Assembly (NCBI GenBank): GCA_023515725.1
Contig: JALDTO010000256.1
Location: forward strand, 1-47,662
DNA: 47,662 bases
From: Amoeboaphelidium protococcarum X5
Lineage: Eukaryota > Fungi > Aphelidiomycota
Direction of reading: 5' to 3'
Each line of letters begins with the position of its first letter. Within the stretch, counting starts at the first letter, position 1. This document shows positions 1 through 14,960 of this stretch, one piece after another. The position numbers and the translations under genes are program-made. The notes beneath the pieces are model-generated. The model had not been told where the DNA came from, did not search any database, and was given only the letters and a program-made list of their open reading frames with translations.

Positions 1-1112
<1,112 letters not shown>

Positions 1113-1240
1113 TTTCGACACGAATACTTCAAAGTTGTTAAATACAGGTTCAAGATGAAGGTGAGTGAACTAACTACGTACTATACGCTGTAGTAATGAA
1201 GTAAAGAAGCTGCAACGGAGACGAAAAGAGAATCGACAAA

Positions 1241-1262
1241 GAACGAACGAACGAACGAACGA
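1241..1262. repeat. (GAAC)5 microsatellite upstream of beta-tubulin
   Basis: gaacgaacgaacgaacgaacga is directly visible. Confidence 0.85.
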
Positions 1263-1482
1263 GTGGAGTCGCGTCTTCAGTCGGCAGAAAGGAAGGAGGC
1301 GCGTCGCGTTTCACTTTACCGTTTCACATTTCATTCGATAAGAGAATTGATTACTTGACCTGTACTGTACTGTCTCGATTAAATTTAGTGATCAAGACAA
1401 CGTTAAACCTTTTAATTTTTTAATAAAAATCAACTCAATAAATAATTGCCACCCATTGTTTTACTAGTTTTGCTAATAGGCG

Positions 1483-1941
1483 TCATTCTTTATCCAAGTT
1501 TTGAGATTGCACAGACTCGGCGTCACTGAGAGTCCGTTTTCTAGATTTCACAAATGGCTCAATAATTTTAGCAATTGCATCTCTTATATTTTAATTATCA
1601 GCAATTTGTTACTTTGCCTTTTTACTATTAGCTTTAATACTAGAATCTTTTTACTACTTCTGCAACTACTATATTTTATTTGTCGTAGTCTTGTCAAAAT
1701 GGAGTCTCCACGGCTGGAGAGGTAGATCAGTGAGATGACGCGACACGACAGCGGCCGCATTAACATCGTCAAACTCCACGAAGCAGAAGTTACGCTCTGT
1801 ATTACTCACTGGATCTATGCACCCTTTAATATACTTAATTGGCCCGCATTTACGAAGCATTTGCTCCACAGCATCTTTTCCCATAATGTATGGATATTTC
1901 ACATATGCTAGACACGGTGTTTGTTCATTTTAGTCAGCCAT
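1483..1941 (-). CDS. Small RRM-domain protein, RBM25/Snu71 N-terminal RRM-like (152 aa)
   Basis: ATG 1941 to TGA 1483 is open with TAR=Gln. EQMLRKCGPIKYIKGCIDPVSNTERNFCFVEFDD resembles the RNP1 region of RBM25/Snu71-type RRMs. Confidence 0.65.
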
Positions 1942-2223
1942 TTTAAGGTTTCGACGGTGAATTCTGAAATGCGGTGAGAACAACGGAGAAGAAAAACCTT
2001 GATTTTGGAGTATAGTTGCTGTCGCAAGTATCTAATCATAGTCCTAATTATTCAATTCCATGGCCGAGGAGTTAATAGTGCTATATGTCATCGTCAAGAC
2101 AGCAATTAGCTCAGGAATGCAGTTGTCAAGACTGTTGCTGAGCGGCTGGCATTAGATCAAACAATCCCGGTAAACTTGGAACATCATTAGATAATAAGAT
2201 TTACAATTATTAAGTAATACATT

Positions 2224-4014
2224 ATGAAAAGCTAGCTGGTCCTATTGCTGATCGCTGTGATTCTCAAGTCTACATAATCTCAGTCCTTATAGAGATGGCC
2301 GCTGTAGAACGGTGTCCAAGTCTCTGCACTGAACGGACATCGGTAGAACGTGATTTAGATTACCGGCGATTCCTCTTCAAGCTTTTAAGTTGCTTTAACA
2401 ACTGGTGGCTGGCCATGGAACTCATTTCAATTCGATAACAGCTCATATTTGACATTTTAGTATTTCAATGTGATTGATCATGCTTGGAGTTAGCGGGCTT
2501 GGGGCAGCTAGAACAATGTTGATGATCTCATTGCGCTGCGACAAAGACATTTTCACGCTGCGGCCTCATCATCGGACGGCTCCGAGTTGATTGTGTATGG
2601 TGGTATTCGTGGCAATCAAGCGCTCGGGGATCTGCTTATTTTGGACTCTGCGTCTCTCACTTGGCAGGTATCGGGCAATTTGTCGTATTACTGTTCCTCT
2701 TCACCACTGGAAGATATTCTGTCTCCAGATCAGCTATCAAGTGACGGTTGCGGAGATGCTACTGAAATGCAGGCAGTATATGGTCACTCTATGGATCTCT
2801 TACTTGATAGCGATGAAATGGCAATTTATGCAGTGGTTGGTGGACTGGGCTTGAATACCTCCTAAGCAGATGTCCACCTGCTGATCAATGATCGTATACA
2901 AGGTGTTAGATATTGGGTCAGAGTTTTGACAGAGGGCGGACCAACATTTAGAGGCTTTCATTCATCTGCTGTAGATTAGGTTCAAGGCATTTTATACGTG
3001 TTTGGTGGAACATAAGACCTAACTAGTCCATTATATGACCCTTACATTTACAAGTATCATTTGGCGGAAAATGCTTGGACCAAATTTGATGTATCTTCTA
3101 TCGTGGGACCTCCGCAAGACAATGGAGGTATTATTACTGAATCTGTCGTTTTGATTGGTGGCATTTTTGGCCATAATATGAAGTATATTGGCTCTAGTTA
3201 GTCGTTACTCATCTGGAATGGAATGACTACCGGTGGTTTAAATAATGGCACTTTTCTGTACAATGTTAAAGACTAGTAAAGCGTGCAGATATAGTCTGAT
3301 CATAACAGTGCTTGTACTTATGCGTCGGTAATTGATTTGTCTACATCTGAATACTTTCAATATGGTGGCAAGAATAGTATCGACAATATAGTCAAAGATT
3401 CGGCTGTATCTCAGTTAAGTGGTACTTATGTACGTCAGTTGGACTTGAGTATTAGATCAATCTCTGTATCAGTTAGTGCACAATCTGATGCCATAGTAGT
3501 GTATACTATGTCAGGTTGGGGATTTGTGTCTGACTCTGATATGGCTAAATATTTTCAGTCTGTCGTTGTATCCGATCGTAATGGTAAAAGTGAATGTATA
3601 ATTCAATCCACACGATGGAATTAAATTAAATGTATCAGTACGTTCAAGATGACTGGCGACTTTAATGTCTCGGTCTATCTAAATGACATTAAAACAATGA
3701 AAAGTGTGAGCATGAATGTATACCAAGGACATGGCTGTTTCAACTCTCAAAATCAGTTTGTACAAGATCAGTGTGTGGCTTCAGAGCCCGGTCCAGGCGC
3801 TCGCGATTAACAGGCCATCAAGTCTGATAAGAATAAGCTCATTATTTACGTATCAGTTCCCCTTGGTATAAGTTTGGTTACTATCGCTATCATAGTCGTG
3901 GTATATCATAGAAATAGAAGAAATACTGCTGCGGCTCTAAAAGAGAAGATTAAATCTATGGAAGCATCTTGTGATTCGATAGTAAAAAGTAGCAAGACAT
4001 TAAGTGCAGTGTGA
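2224..4014 (+). CDS. Type I membrane protein: signal peptide, Kelch-like repeats, IPT/TIG-like domain, TM helix (596 aa)
   Basis: Signal peptide MKSQLVLLLIAVILKSTQS. Kelch hallmarks RHFHAA..LIVYGG..LTW, YGHSM..VVGG and RGFHSS..LYVFGG..NAW. IPT-like TMSGWGF...ECIIQSTRWNQIKCI. TM IIYVSVPLGISLVTIAIIVVVY followed by HRNRR. No in-frame TGA before 4012. Confidence 0.8.
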
Positions 4015-4109
4015 TAATATATGTTACTTATAGAGTAAATTGCCGTTTTTATAGTAACAAAGCCATTATACGACATGGTCGAATGTATACGCTCAAAATC
4101 TTATTAGGC

Positions 4110-6341
4110 TCAGGTTTCCTCTATGTCGCAGAATGGTGATTGTTCGTGCGATTAAAGCACCGTTTGCTGTTGTTCTTCATTTACAAACTGACGACACTCT
4201 TATCTTCCTTTGGATACGTCCAGGGCACCAACCATTAATAAAACGGATATCAAAAGCATGGCGATAACGTAGATGAATCCATAACGTACCTCTCCCGATG
4301 AAGCATTGGCAATAGCTCCCACTATTAGCGGCCCGAGCCAAGAACTGCCGCGGTCTCCAATCTCATAAAGCGCAAAGAACTCAGCCTCATGATTCCGCGG
4401 CACCAAGTCAGAGAATTATACACGACCAAAACTTTAAATGGCACCAAGTAAGCTTCCCATCAACACTACGCCAACATACATTTCCATTGGACTTCTTAGT
4501 CCAAACGATAAAGTCAGTGGCGGCTACGAGTCAATAAGTACAACATACGCGTCTGACGGAATGAACCCAAGTAAACCGTATGAAGGGAGCACCATGGCAA
4601 CACACAGCACTGTTACCAGTGAACGCTTGGTGCTCCATTAGAAGCGGCGACTAATTCCCAGCCAGAAATACGAACCAAATAGTGCAGCAATAGCCGCCAG
4701 AATTATCGCCACCGCAATCTATTCTGATGTCATTTTGATAACATCGCTAGCAAACAGAATAGCAATCTGACCAAGTGTGGTAAATGAATCTGCAAATAAG
4801 AGATAACACACAAGATAGAGGAATGTATTGGGCAGCTTCTTGTAATGCCTGACAGCAGTTAACGTCTACTTCCAGCTGAACCATATCAAATTCCTGGCAG
4901 AAGTTGGCAAAGGCTTACCTGGCCTCGTTTTCAAATTTAGCCACGTAATATTGGACCACAAAAACCACCATATACCACATAAAGCGACACAAATCCGCAT
5001 CGGGTAAGCAGAACTATCGTAGACTGACATTGTCTTGAGCACACCGACTGAAACTAAAATCATCGTGAGACTTGCAACTTGTCCCGATGCTAAACCATGC
5101 GTTGATAAGACATTACAAAGTCTATCTGATAATCTGGACTCAGTAGCAATCTTTTTCTCACTGACAGTCTCCATACTCTGAGAATTTGTATCAAGATCTA
5201 TTTCATCCCCGATAGGTAGAGTTAACGTCTCTTTATCATAAACGCATCGAATGCTGAATTGAACATCAGAGGGCTATTTAATCGGTAAAGTGAGAATACC
5301 AAATTCACGCTCTCTCTAATGGTACCCAATCCCATCATTATAATCCTCATCGCCATCTCTAGAACTTACACAATCAGCATCTGCGGCAGTATTAGGTGAA
5401 GACCCCGAACATCTAACTGACTAACGCCACCTAGTGAACGAAAATAGACGAAGCGCCAAATTAGACCAACTCTGCTCCACCTTCGATCGTAATTTACGGA
5501 CACCTCGTCGGATACCAAAAAGAGTGAGATGCTAATCAAAATGATCCATGTCAACCAAGTCCTCAACTCTACCACGTATGAAAGGATGATTATGAACCAA
5601 AACTGGTAGATAAGCATTATAAAACACTACCGTACATCCATACATGACATTTCCAATGATATAAAATGCGACAATCCATCCATACTGATGCTCATTCATG
5701 ATTGCAGGATACGCGAGACATATTATGGAACCTACGATGCTACACGAAGCAAATAACAATTTCCTCAATCTTCCATAATCTGCCAATGCTCCGATCGAGA
5801 GAAACGTCAACATCTGCAGTATGGTAGTTATTGAGTTGATATAAAGAACCAAGGACACTGACGGAATCCAAGCGCCAAAGAACTCCACTTCACACGCGGG
5901 TCCATCGGCTGGGTTATCCGTATATCCAGTAGCATTAACTTAATTCCAGGTATTCGCCGTGTTCGGAGACAACTCATTTGTCATCCAGCTATTCGTGGTA
6001 TTAACAAAACCAGAATCATTACAAGGTGTGTTCTCAGTGCCCACAACTCTACCAGCAGCGCGTGACATCTGTACAAGAATCAGTGGAAACAGCACCTATG
6101 ACACAACATTCGGGTAAACAGCTGATGCGAAATCGTAACATATCCAACCGATCAGTTCACTCTTGGACGTGGAAGGCATCTCATCAGGCCGTGCGGGGCG
6201 ATTATGGAGGAGATCGCTGAGTTGACGTAACCATAGTCTGAACCATCCATTCACGCTCGCTTTTTCATGCGATACCCCTTCGCTTATCAATGGTTCATTT
6301 GACTACTCAAATGTATTTGATTGAAGACGGTGATATTTCAT
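4110..6341 (-). CDS. ATG22: Atg22/UMF1-family MFS transporter (vacuolar amino-acid effluxer-like, 743 aa)
   Basis: One frame joins four track ORFs. Motifs: ELIGWICYDFA, IGALADYGRLRK, VFYNAYLPVLV, LCGIWWFLWS, RPGKPLP, HEAEFFALYEIGDRGSSWLGP. Confidence 0.9.
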
Positions 6342-6686
6342 TTTCACAAACAGTAGTGAATTCAAAGTTCGATCAAAAGAAGATTGAGTCAGTGTAGGAG
6401 ACTTTGCCTGCCTGATGAACAAAGAGCCGAAATCCGACGTGAGAGTTTGACATGTCTTGAGCGGCGTTCTGCGCCACAATGAGTACACCACTACATGACT
6501 CAAATTGTGTCTCATCTGCCGTAAATATAACACTGCATTAATTGTTATCTCAATGCCATTAGGTTGCGATATATGACAACGCATATTTTAGTATAATGAA
6601 TGAAAATAAGATGCATGTGTTATCTATCTATATTTCCTTTCCATCAGTACCAAAATGCCCCTACTGATTCATTCACTTACATGTAA

Positions 6687-8964
6687 TCACATCTGAGGAC
6701 TCTTCACAGCGACTGACATGTGCTCATACAGAGCTTTGTACACTAGAGCATCTCCTCCCAGGCGTTTGAAGCGTACACCGTGTAGATTCAGAAGCCAAAT
6801 TTTGCAAACTTCAATTTCAAACACCACCTCACCAGAGTAATGTTAATGGCGCACAAAAAAAGTGAACCTGCCGCGTTTCTCATACTTCTCGTTCGCCTTG
6901 GTCAATATGCGTTCTAGTCTAATCAACAGCTCAGCAGGCTCTTTGATATTCGACACGGTAGTGATATTCATCTGATATCTGACAGAGCGGATATCTTCAT
7001 TATACGCAGCGTCGTTGTTTGCAATACTTAGACGACGATCATTCCCACCGTGTGCCGTTGATACAGTCAGCGTGGTACTGCCTTCACCAGATCCCACACG
7101 ATGAGGCTTTCCACCCTGAACCTTGGTCTGACTTATTGTCTTTCTGGAAGGAGAGACGGCAGCAGCAGTGGTTGTCATTGGCATACTTCCGGTAATATCT
7201 TCTTCATTAATCAACTCCATGCTAGGAGCTTAACTACGCTCTTTTATCATTGAGATTGCAAGTAGAGGTTTCTTTACGGCCACCTGCTGTCCGCCTTACT
7301 CACCTGCTCCTTCAGTGCTTGATCTTCTAATTGGCGACTACGCATTCTATGATCCCTTCAACACGGCAGAGTCGTCAATAGCTTGGCGCTTGTCTCCAGC
7401 CAATGGAACGCCTGTACTTTGGTTTTGATCAGCTCTATTCTGCGGTACATCCTAAGACACAGAATGGCGACGCTAATTCTACCTTCCAGACGAACTTATC
7501 TCAGCAGATCCAGAAGGAGTTTGGGTACTATCAGTTTTATTTTGAACCGTATTGTAAAATGCAGATCCTGGCTAAACAGATTTCGATCTAACACGCTAAG
7601 CGGAAGACTACTAAGGGCTACCAGGTTCGCCAGATTGCCTATTAGATTAGGTATTGTTACGACTTTACGAGAACGGATTTAGACGTGATAAAGCACTAGT
7701 TAATGATGATCTGCGCCCGACATTCTATTTAACGCCATTAACACTTGATACGGCGCTACCAGAAGAAGGACTTTACAAAGAGGGGATCATGTCTTCCATA
7801 GTACGCGATGGAGTTAGAGCAGAATCTGGAGTAGATGGAGACTTTAAATTTTCGTCACTGTCCGAAAACTTGATAGTCAATGCACCAGGCCTGTTAAAAT
7901 TATACACTGAAAATCCTTCAAGCTCTTCAATATTACTCACCAACTTTCCAATCTCATCATCATTATTCTCAGCGTCATTCACATCTGCTGCCACAGGTAT
8001 TAATGGCATAACGCGGAGAGGAGGCTCGGCTTCATCCTTGTTAATCCATGGATCAGCGCGCAATTAATCCATAGTAGCGCGTTTGGAAGGATCTTTCACC
8101 AACAGTTTTTGGAGTAACTTTTGCAAGTCCTCTGAGAAGTGTCCTGGGCAAGCATACTTTACAGACTTGATCTGGGCGTACAATTCAGCAATGGAATCAC
8201 ACTTGAAAGGCGGCTTACCAGCGATCATGATATATAACACAATGCCCAAGGACCAAATGTCAGCAGACGGTCCAATGTATTTTATACCACTTACTAACTC
8301 GGGACCAGCATACAACGGCGTACCACAGAAGGTGTTCAAGTACTGATTGAAACCATCGATACTACGCCCGAGACCGAAATCACTAAGCAAAAGATCTTTC
8401 GAGTCTGACAGGAGCATATTCTCCAACTTGAGATCACGATGCACCACACCAGCCAGGTGACAATGATCAATTGCTGACACCAGCTGTCTGAAAAACTTGC
8501 GCCCTTCCTTCTCGCTCAAATTACCTTTGGCTGCAATGTAGTCAATCAACTCACCCCCGCTGGCATAATCCATGATGATATACAATTCACCTTCCGTGTC
8601 AATGACCTGGTGCAGCTTGATGATATTCGGATGGTCCAGGCGCATCAACAGCTTCACCTCCTTGCTCAACTTGTTCAACACCACGGCAGCCTTTCCATTC
8701 GCGGACAGTAACAGCGACTTTGCCTTGATCGCTTCCTGCTGCTTTCTCTCCTCCTCATCCTTTTTAATGATTTTGATGGCAACCTACACTAAAAATGATA
8801 ATGATATATCATATGGTAAGATGTCCATGATATACAGCATTATACTATTGAATTACCTTTTAATTGGTCTACTTGTGAGTTGCAATCTTCACCTTGGAGA
8901 AGGCGCCCTCTCCCACCGTGCGCCCAATCTTGTACTCGCCCAACAGCTTCTTTTTAGCTAACAT
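6687..8964 (-). CDS. MARK/Kin1/PAR-1-like CAMKL Ser/Thr kinase with C-terminal KA1 domain (734 aa); intron 8784-8856
   Basis: YKIGRTVGEGAFSKVKIA, VAIKII, HRDLKLEN, DFGL, TFCGTPLYAGPE. KA1 motif FEIEVCKIWLLNLHGVRFKRLGGDALVYK. The 73-nt intron GTAATT...GTGTAG restores the frame. Confidence 0.93.
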
Positions 8965-9627
8965 TTACACGCAATCTTATATCTTCCTGGTGATTAGTAG
9001 ACTTTAGTAAAGATATAGATATGTATATACTATTGAAGGATAAAATGTGAGAGTGAGTTGGTAGATGGATTATAGAGATTAAAAATCCAAGAGTCTATTT
9101 TTAAGCTGCTGGTTTCAGCATTCTGAGGTCATCATGATCAAGTTGCATATGTACCCACTACAGTATTCAGGTTGATGAGATTATGGCAGTTGCTTATATA
9201 TCAATGTATATATTTTCTTTACGTATAAATTTCTAAAAGATGTGTATAAAATTGGTTTAGAATGCAGGCATAGTTAAAGCTGAATAGATATCCGATTTAG
9301 TGCGACTGAATCAACGTCAAACGCGTCGCTAACCATTAATAGTTACTGTTACAACTAAGAGACTTTTACTATCAGTTTGCTTATTGTATTTAATCTTTTG
9401 GTCAATAGCTGTAATAGAATGTGATTATTCATAAATAACCAAGTAATCGCCATGCTCCAAATAAAAGTCAATTAGAGATCACGGTACCTTCACACAGCAA
9501 AAGATAATGATCAGGGGTACTTGCTTCTTATAACGTTAACTGCCTGCTTTTCTATTTCTTATATACATTTTAAAATTGCTATTGAAAAGGTTTAATATTC
9601 TGCATACTTTATATCGCGTCAAATATT

Positions 9628-11658
9628 ATGAATATTGCAGGGACTGATTAAAGTAATAAAGATGCTTCCATATAAGGCGATTTGTGCCACGATGACTGTA
9701 ATCAAGAGGACATTGTTTATGCTCAATTCACATTTAATGCGGAGGATGACGATGAGATTACAATTAAAGCGGGCGATCCTGTGGTTGTGATATGCAGAGA
9801 TGAAGGATATGATGATGGTTGGTGGCAGGGGCGTAATATTGATGGTGAAGTTGGTCTGTTCCCATCCAATTTTGTAATGGCTACGCCGCCTTAATTGTCA
9901 GTTTCTGTGAGAGATAGTACTGTCAATACCGCCGCTAATGTACCTCCCAGTCCGTAATCAATCTCAGCTGAGAATCCGGAACTATCTGTAAATTCTGCTA
10001 TAAATTCACCCATTGATAATCATTAAATTTAATCTCAAGATGATCCATCAAAATGGTCAATAGATCAGGTTTGCTAGTGGCTGAAGCGCAAAGGATTTCA
10101 TCGATTTCAAGAAGCGTTCAGAGAGCAAAATATTGATGGAAGTGTGCTACTATCATCGCGCATTGATATGACCGCCCTCAAGTAATTGGGTCTCGGTACT
10201 TTGGATAAAAGACTGCGCCTGTTAAATTATATCAGTCAACTTAGAAAGAATGCTGCGTAATACGCGTCTTTGGATTAGAATGGATCGTCCCCGGCCATGT
10301 CTCTCAACAATTTCAAATCTTCCATGATCACAGAGTCCTCCAATGATATCCGACCACTCAGCTTTGAGTCTTTGAAATCTCTGGATAAAAGCAGTCAGAG
10401 TTCTATGGATCTATTCAAGCGTTTGTCTAAAGAGAACTCTATGAGTGGCGATGGCTATCAATCATCACAGGTTGGTGCGCCGGTGAAGCCAAAGAAGAAG
10501 AAGCGAAAGACTGTAAAGCTTTCGGTGGATGTCCGCGGCGATGTTAAAACTTTGGCTGATGTATTGCGCCTACCGAGATAGAGCGATTATATTACAACAC
10601 TTGGCACGCCGAAGCTTTCCGGCAATGAGGCACCATCTCCACTTACCTGCTTATCCGCCTCTGTGGATTTTTGTGGATATCTATGGAAGCGAGGTGGTCG
10701 CAATCATTGGTCGTGCAAGAGGCGATACTTTGTGATTAAAGATATGATTTTATGGTACTTTAAATGCGATAATGGAGATTCAAAGGCGCTCGGTCTGATC
10801 CCGCTTCCTTCCTATGTTATTGTTCCGTCTAAAGACAATGATATCACCAGACGGAATTATACATTTGAGGCTAGACATCCAGATGCGAGAACATACTAAT
10901 TTAAGGCTAACAGTTTGGTCGAGATGCAATCATGGATGAACGCGTTAACGTAATCAGCGCTTGGTATTGAACTGAACTTTTAGCGATAAACCGTTCAGAA
11001 TCCAACTGTTAATCATGAGTATGATAGTAGTAGCTAAAAGTCTGACATTAATCATGATGCATCCTTGTTAAACAATAATTTTATTGAGTCAGATATGGTG
11101 AACGAGAATGCTCAGATTGATTCAGAATTGGTTCGAGATAAATCAAGTGATTAAGATCATAAGTAGAATATTCTGAACAAAATAAAGCGGATGGGGATTA
11201 ATCCTTTGGAGCGACTGCCGCTCAAGTTGGATCAGCTATTGCAAGAGAAAGCTGATGAGCAGACCAATGTTGAAAAACCTGAACTACAAACCTTTTCTGA
11301 TGAAGATCATCTAAATTGTATTAATAGCATCTGTGGTGTACAAATCACTTCTCTGGACGACCTCTCTGACTTTTACATTATTGTTAAGTATGTGATATCA
11401 TTGCTGCAACGTTCATAGTCACATCCAGTAACTGAAGTGAGTGCCAGCTGGTATTTGCGTAAATGTATCAAGGAGCCTTTGACTAGAATGGATTGTTTAG
11501 AGAATGCAAATCTGTTGTGGAATATTCTTCAAGGTGCAGATTGTCAGCATGTTATCACAGAACTCCAAGATTTGAAGATCACGCCAAAAAGCTTGGTCGA
11601 CGGCGACAGTTCATAGTTGAAGACATTGTTAGATATTCTAAGAAGTTATATCGTTTGA
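9628..11658 (+). CDS. Boi1/Boi2/Pob1-like SH3-SAM-PH scaffold with a C-terminal CH-like segment (676 aa)
   Basis: SH3 (FNAEDDDEITIKAGD...DDGWWQG...GLFPSNFV), SAM (WSIDQVCQWLKRKGF...NIDGSVLL), PH (GYLWKRGG...KRRYFVIKD...ALGLIPLPSY...EMQSWMNAL). Single open frame with TAR=Gln. Confidence 0.88.
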
Positions 11659-11786
11659 TCAAATTTGTAAACGTATTGAATTGTTAAAAAATTGCATTCT
11701 TTGATCTATATTATCAATTCGCTCATTCATTCGTTCACTCACTCAATCATAGTAACTAACAATCAATATCGTCGTCGTTCTAGATA

Positions 11787-14700
11787 TCATTCAACATTGG
11801 AGGTGGCAATAGCAGCTGCAATATTCTATTCCTGCCCATCACCAAGCGTCGCAGAATCTCCATCAGCACCTCCTACCCGTGACATCCTCTTTCTTCCACC
11901 AGGGAGAGGTGGCTTACTAGATGATGGCCTCGAAGGTGGTAAAGCTGGCAGTGCAGGAGTTGCTTTTGGCTCCGTTGATAACTGCTAATCAGCTGGTTGC
12001 GATGCTATGGAGGTCACATACGACGTTTCTGCCGATCTATCATTAACCACCGGCATACTTGTATCAGTGGCGACAGGTGTCTATTGCATCACCACACTCT
12101 CTGGCCTTCTCGGTCTCGCAGGAGGCATTGGCTTGGATTATAACGGCGCAGCCGCGGCGCTTTACACTGTTGCCGCATTCTAGCTATCTATTGGTGTAGG
12201 GGAAACCGGCTAGCTATTCGGCTATTGTTACTATACTGAATTGCCATCATTATCTCCATCTGATGATGTGCTAGTCTTGGTACGAAGTCGCATATTAGAA
12301 CGCCTATTTAGAATATTAAATATACCAGATGGCTTTTCACTAGGTGAATGAGGCTAATGCGGTTCACCAGCAGGTCGCGGCGGAGGCTATGGTGTCAAAT
12401 TGCCCGATGCAGCCGAATCTTATTTGCCATCCAGAGCTCTATCGATGGCTTGCCTGGTCTAATCATCTACTTTACCAGCACTGGACAATCTAGATTTAGA
12501 CAATGAACGAGTCAAACTGGTCAGGAATGACTTTTTACCGCTCTTCTTGGACTCGGTGGTCATCACACTCGCCAAACTAGAAACACTGGTATTCGCCGGA
12601 ATATTTCCCCCACCTGTCAGATTTCTGGATGAAGCATTGAATTTACCAATAGACAATATCTTAGCCTTGATCGTGCCACCCCACTTCTTCTTGTCATTAT
12701 CCCCACCTGATCCATCTCCATTAGCAATACTGCTCAAACTCATTTTGGATCCCATTGTGTTCTTGTCTTGCATCTACGACTAGTTCATACTAGCCACGGA
12801 ATTCGAACGATTTCTGGAAAACCAGCCAGCCATATTCGCCATACTACCCTTTGCACCTTATATTTACCCAAGAGGAGTAGGCTCCGTCGCACCTCCATCC
12901 GGCTGAGCCAAACTGAGAGTGCTCTTATTGCCATCGTCTGCCCCTCCTCCCCCAAATATACTTGCTCGACGTCCTCCATCTTTAGAGGATATAGATTCAC
13001 GTCTTTTGCCATTCTGACTGACGCGTCTAAATAAAGCTTTACTAGCAGTGGATGAAGCATCAGCAGCGGCTTGCATCAGATTCGACATTTTATTCAGAGC
13101 ACTTTGACTCGCCATCATTGCTGAAGCGCCTTTAGTCAGAACTAAGCTCTCTGTGGTGTAAACATCAATAAACTTTGCGTCAACCGCGGCCTGGGAATTT
13201 TGCATCTACTGCTCCTGATTGTCAGAATTGCTAGACATTACAGATGGCGCAATACTTTAATTGTCATTATTACTCATGGAGGTGTTTTTGCGTCGATTAC
13301 CGACATCAGCGCCATTCGCAGCCGCAGAGCTACTTCTTGTGCGAGCACTATCAGGTCCTTCTGAAGGAGTAGCCAAATCGTGATTACTGTCTAAAGTCTC
13401 TAGATAGTTCACCTTACTCACGCCTAACACTTTCTCCAAGTCCAGCATCCAGCCTCTCTTCTCCTTTGAGGATTTAGCGCCCAGATCTACACTGCGGAAC
13501 ACGGGTGCCGCTTTATCATTGCTACTAGGCTATTCCCAAGTGATACGCCACGAATTCTTTAAAGCAGCACGTCCAAAACTATTCGGTTCGATGGCATCGG
13601 AACTAAGCTCTTGGATACTCACAACATTCTTCACAGGGATTATATGCTGTAGCAGGTAACTTCCACTTTTCTTGGCACTCAACAGCAGTAATACGTCCTA
13701 GAATAGAAAAGTCCCCAAATATGGAGTGTCTGTAATAAATGAAGGATTCACCATTGACGCTGTGATTGTAAATGGCATATCATGCTACCCGTGGTCAGCT
13801 ACGTAAATACCAGACCCACGCAGAAGATTCCCAATCTTGTTAAAGAAATCTTATGCCTGAGGATGTAGATGCACATACTTGAGCTCATCCACAACGGACA
13901 ACTCAAACAGCTCCAAAAGGGCCTTAATGGTGACATAAGGACTAGACTAAACACGACTAAACAGTAGCTCCTTCTTTGTGTCATTCTCAGCCCTCTTCTT
14001 CTTTTCATTTATGGTGGCAACTAGCGCCTTGATCTACTGCAGAGTCTGGGATAGCTCTTCAAACTCGGGTGTCCCTTTAGGCGTGGCCTTCAGCAACTCA
14101 TTGAATAGCAGCGGGTACTTGCATATTCTCTACACCGGTTTGATGAGAAAATCTTGAATCTCCAACTTGCTGTTCATCTTCTATTTGCAATCTTCATGAA
14201 ATGACTGGTAAGAGTTTGGATGAGTGCGTCTTATGATAGCCAGCGTGTTCAATGCCTTGTCATGAAGGGAACAGAATGGTACATATACAGACTCAAGCTT
14301 CTACATCATGGTGAGGAAACATTTCGCTATAGAGCTAATTGATGGATTATCACAGACTGGCTAATCAGCCGCAGAAGAAGATGATGATGGTGTCAGTGGT
14401 GTCAACTGTCCCCAGGGAGTACGTACGGCATCCTCCAAGATTTTAAGCACCAGTTTCTGCACGCGTAACAGATTAGCCGCGTTTCTAACAATCGCCTGTT
14501 TCTGATCAAAAGTGATCCAGCCACCGCCACGCTCATTTCCAAACTGGGTGTTCTAGACAATGTCTGCCGCAGTACTTGCCTCTGTCCTCTGTGCCTGAGA
14601 TGCAACTCCTGCTAAATAAGCTCCGTTCAGGGGATCAAGGAAATTTCGGACTAAGTTGTTCAAATCATTCACGTATCCTCTCTCAGTCTCAAACAGCTCC

Positions 14701-14960
14701 TACGTGACCAGAAATCTCTTCATTCTCTTTCGCTCCTGCTCCTCTGGTGATAATTGCTACTCTGAAGATATGGCTAGATTCTCAACTTCAATCTCTAGTG
14801 CAGCTTTGATATCACTCGCTCCATCATCTATTTTTATGTTATCTGAGCCATCAATGCGAGCAGATGCCAGGATATCAGGATTACTGATAACCAAAGACTG
14901 GCTGATATTCTTTGCCTGCTATTGCAAAAGATTCTCTTCTCCCTACAATGTGCCGCTCAT
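11787..14960 (-). CDS. Dbl-family RhoGEF (DH-PH) with a long Ser/Pro-rich C-terminal tail (about 1057 aa)
   Basis: DH motifs ELFETERGYVNDL and IQDFLIKPV[TAG]RICKYPLLFNELLKATP, then a PH-like region ending EKRGWMLDL, then a Pro-rich tail. The track ORFs at 12459, 12864 and 13257 share this frame. Confidence 0.9.

Noticed and set aside
1969-2223. Upstream in-frame ATG at 1969 followed by TGA, suggesting TGA readthrough or a 42-nt intron extending the Kelch gene
   Set aside because: ATG 2224 gives a clean signal peptide, and 1969 is only 27 bp from the divergent gene's ATG. No support for TGA recoding.
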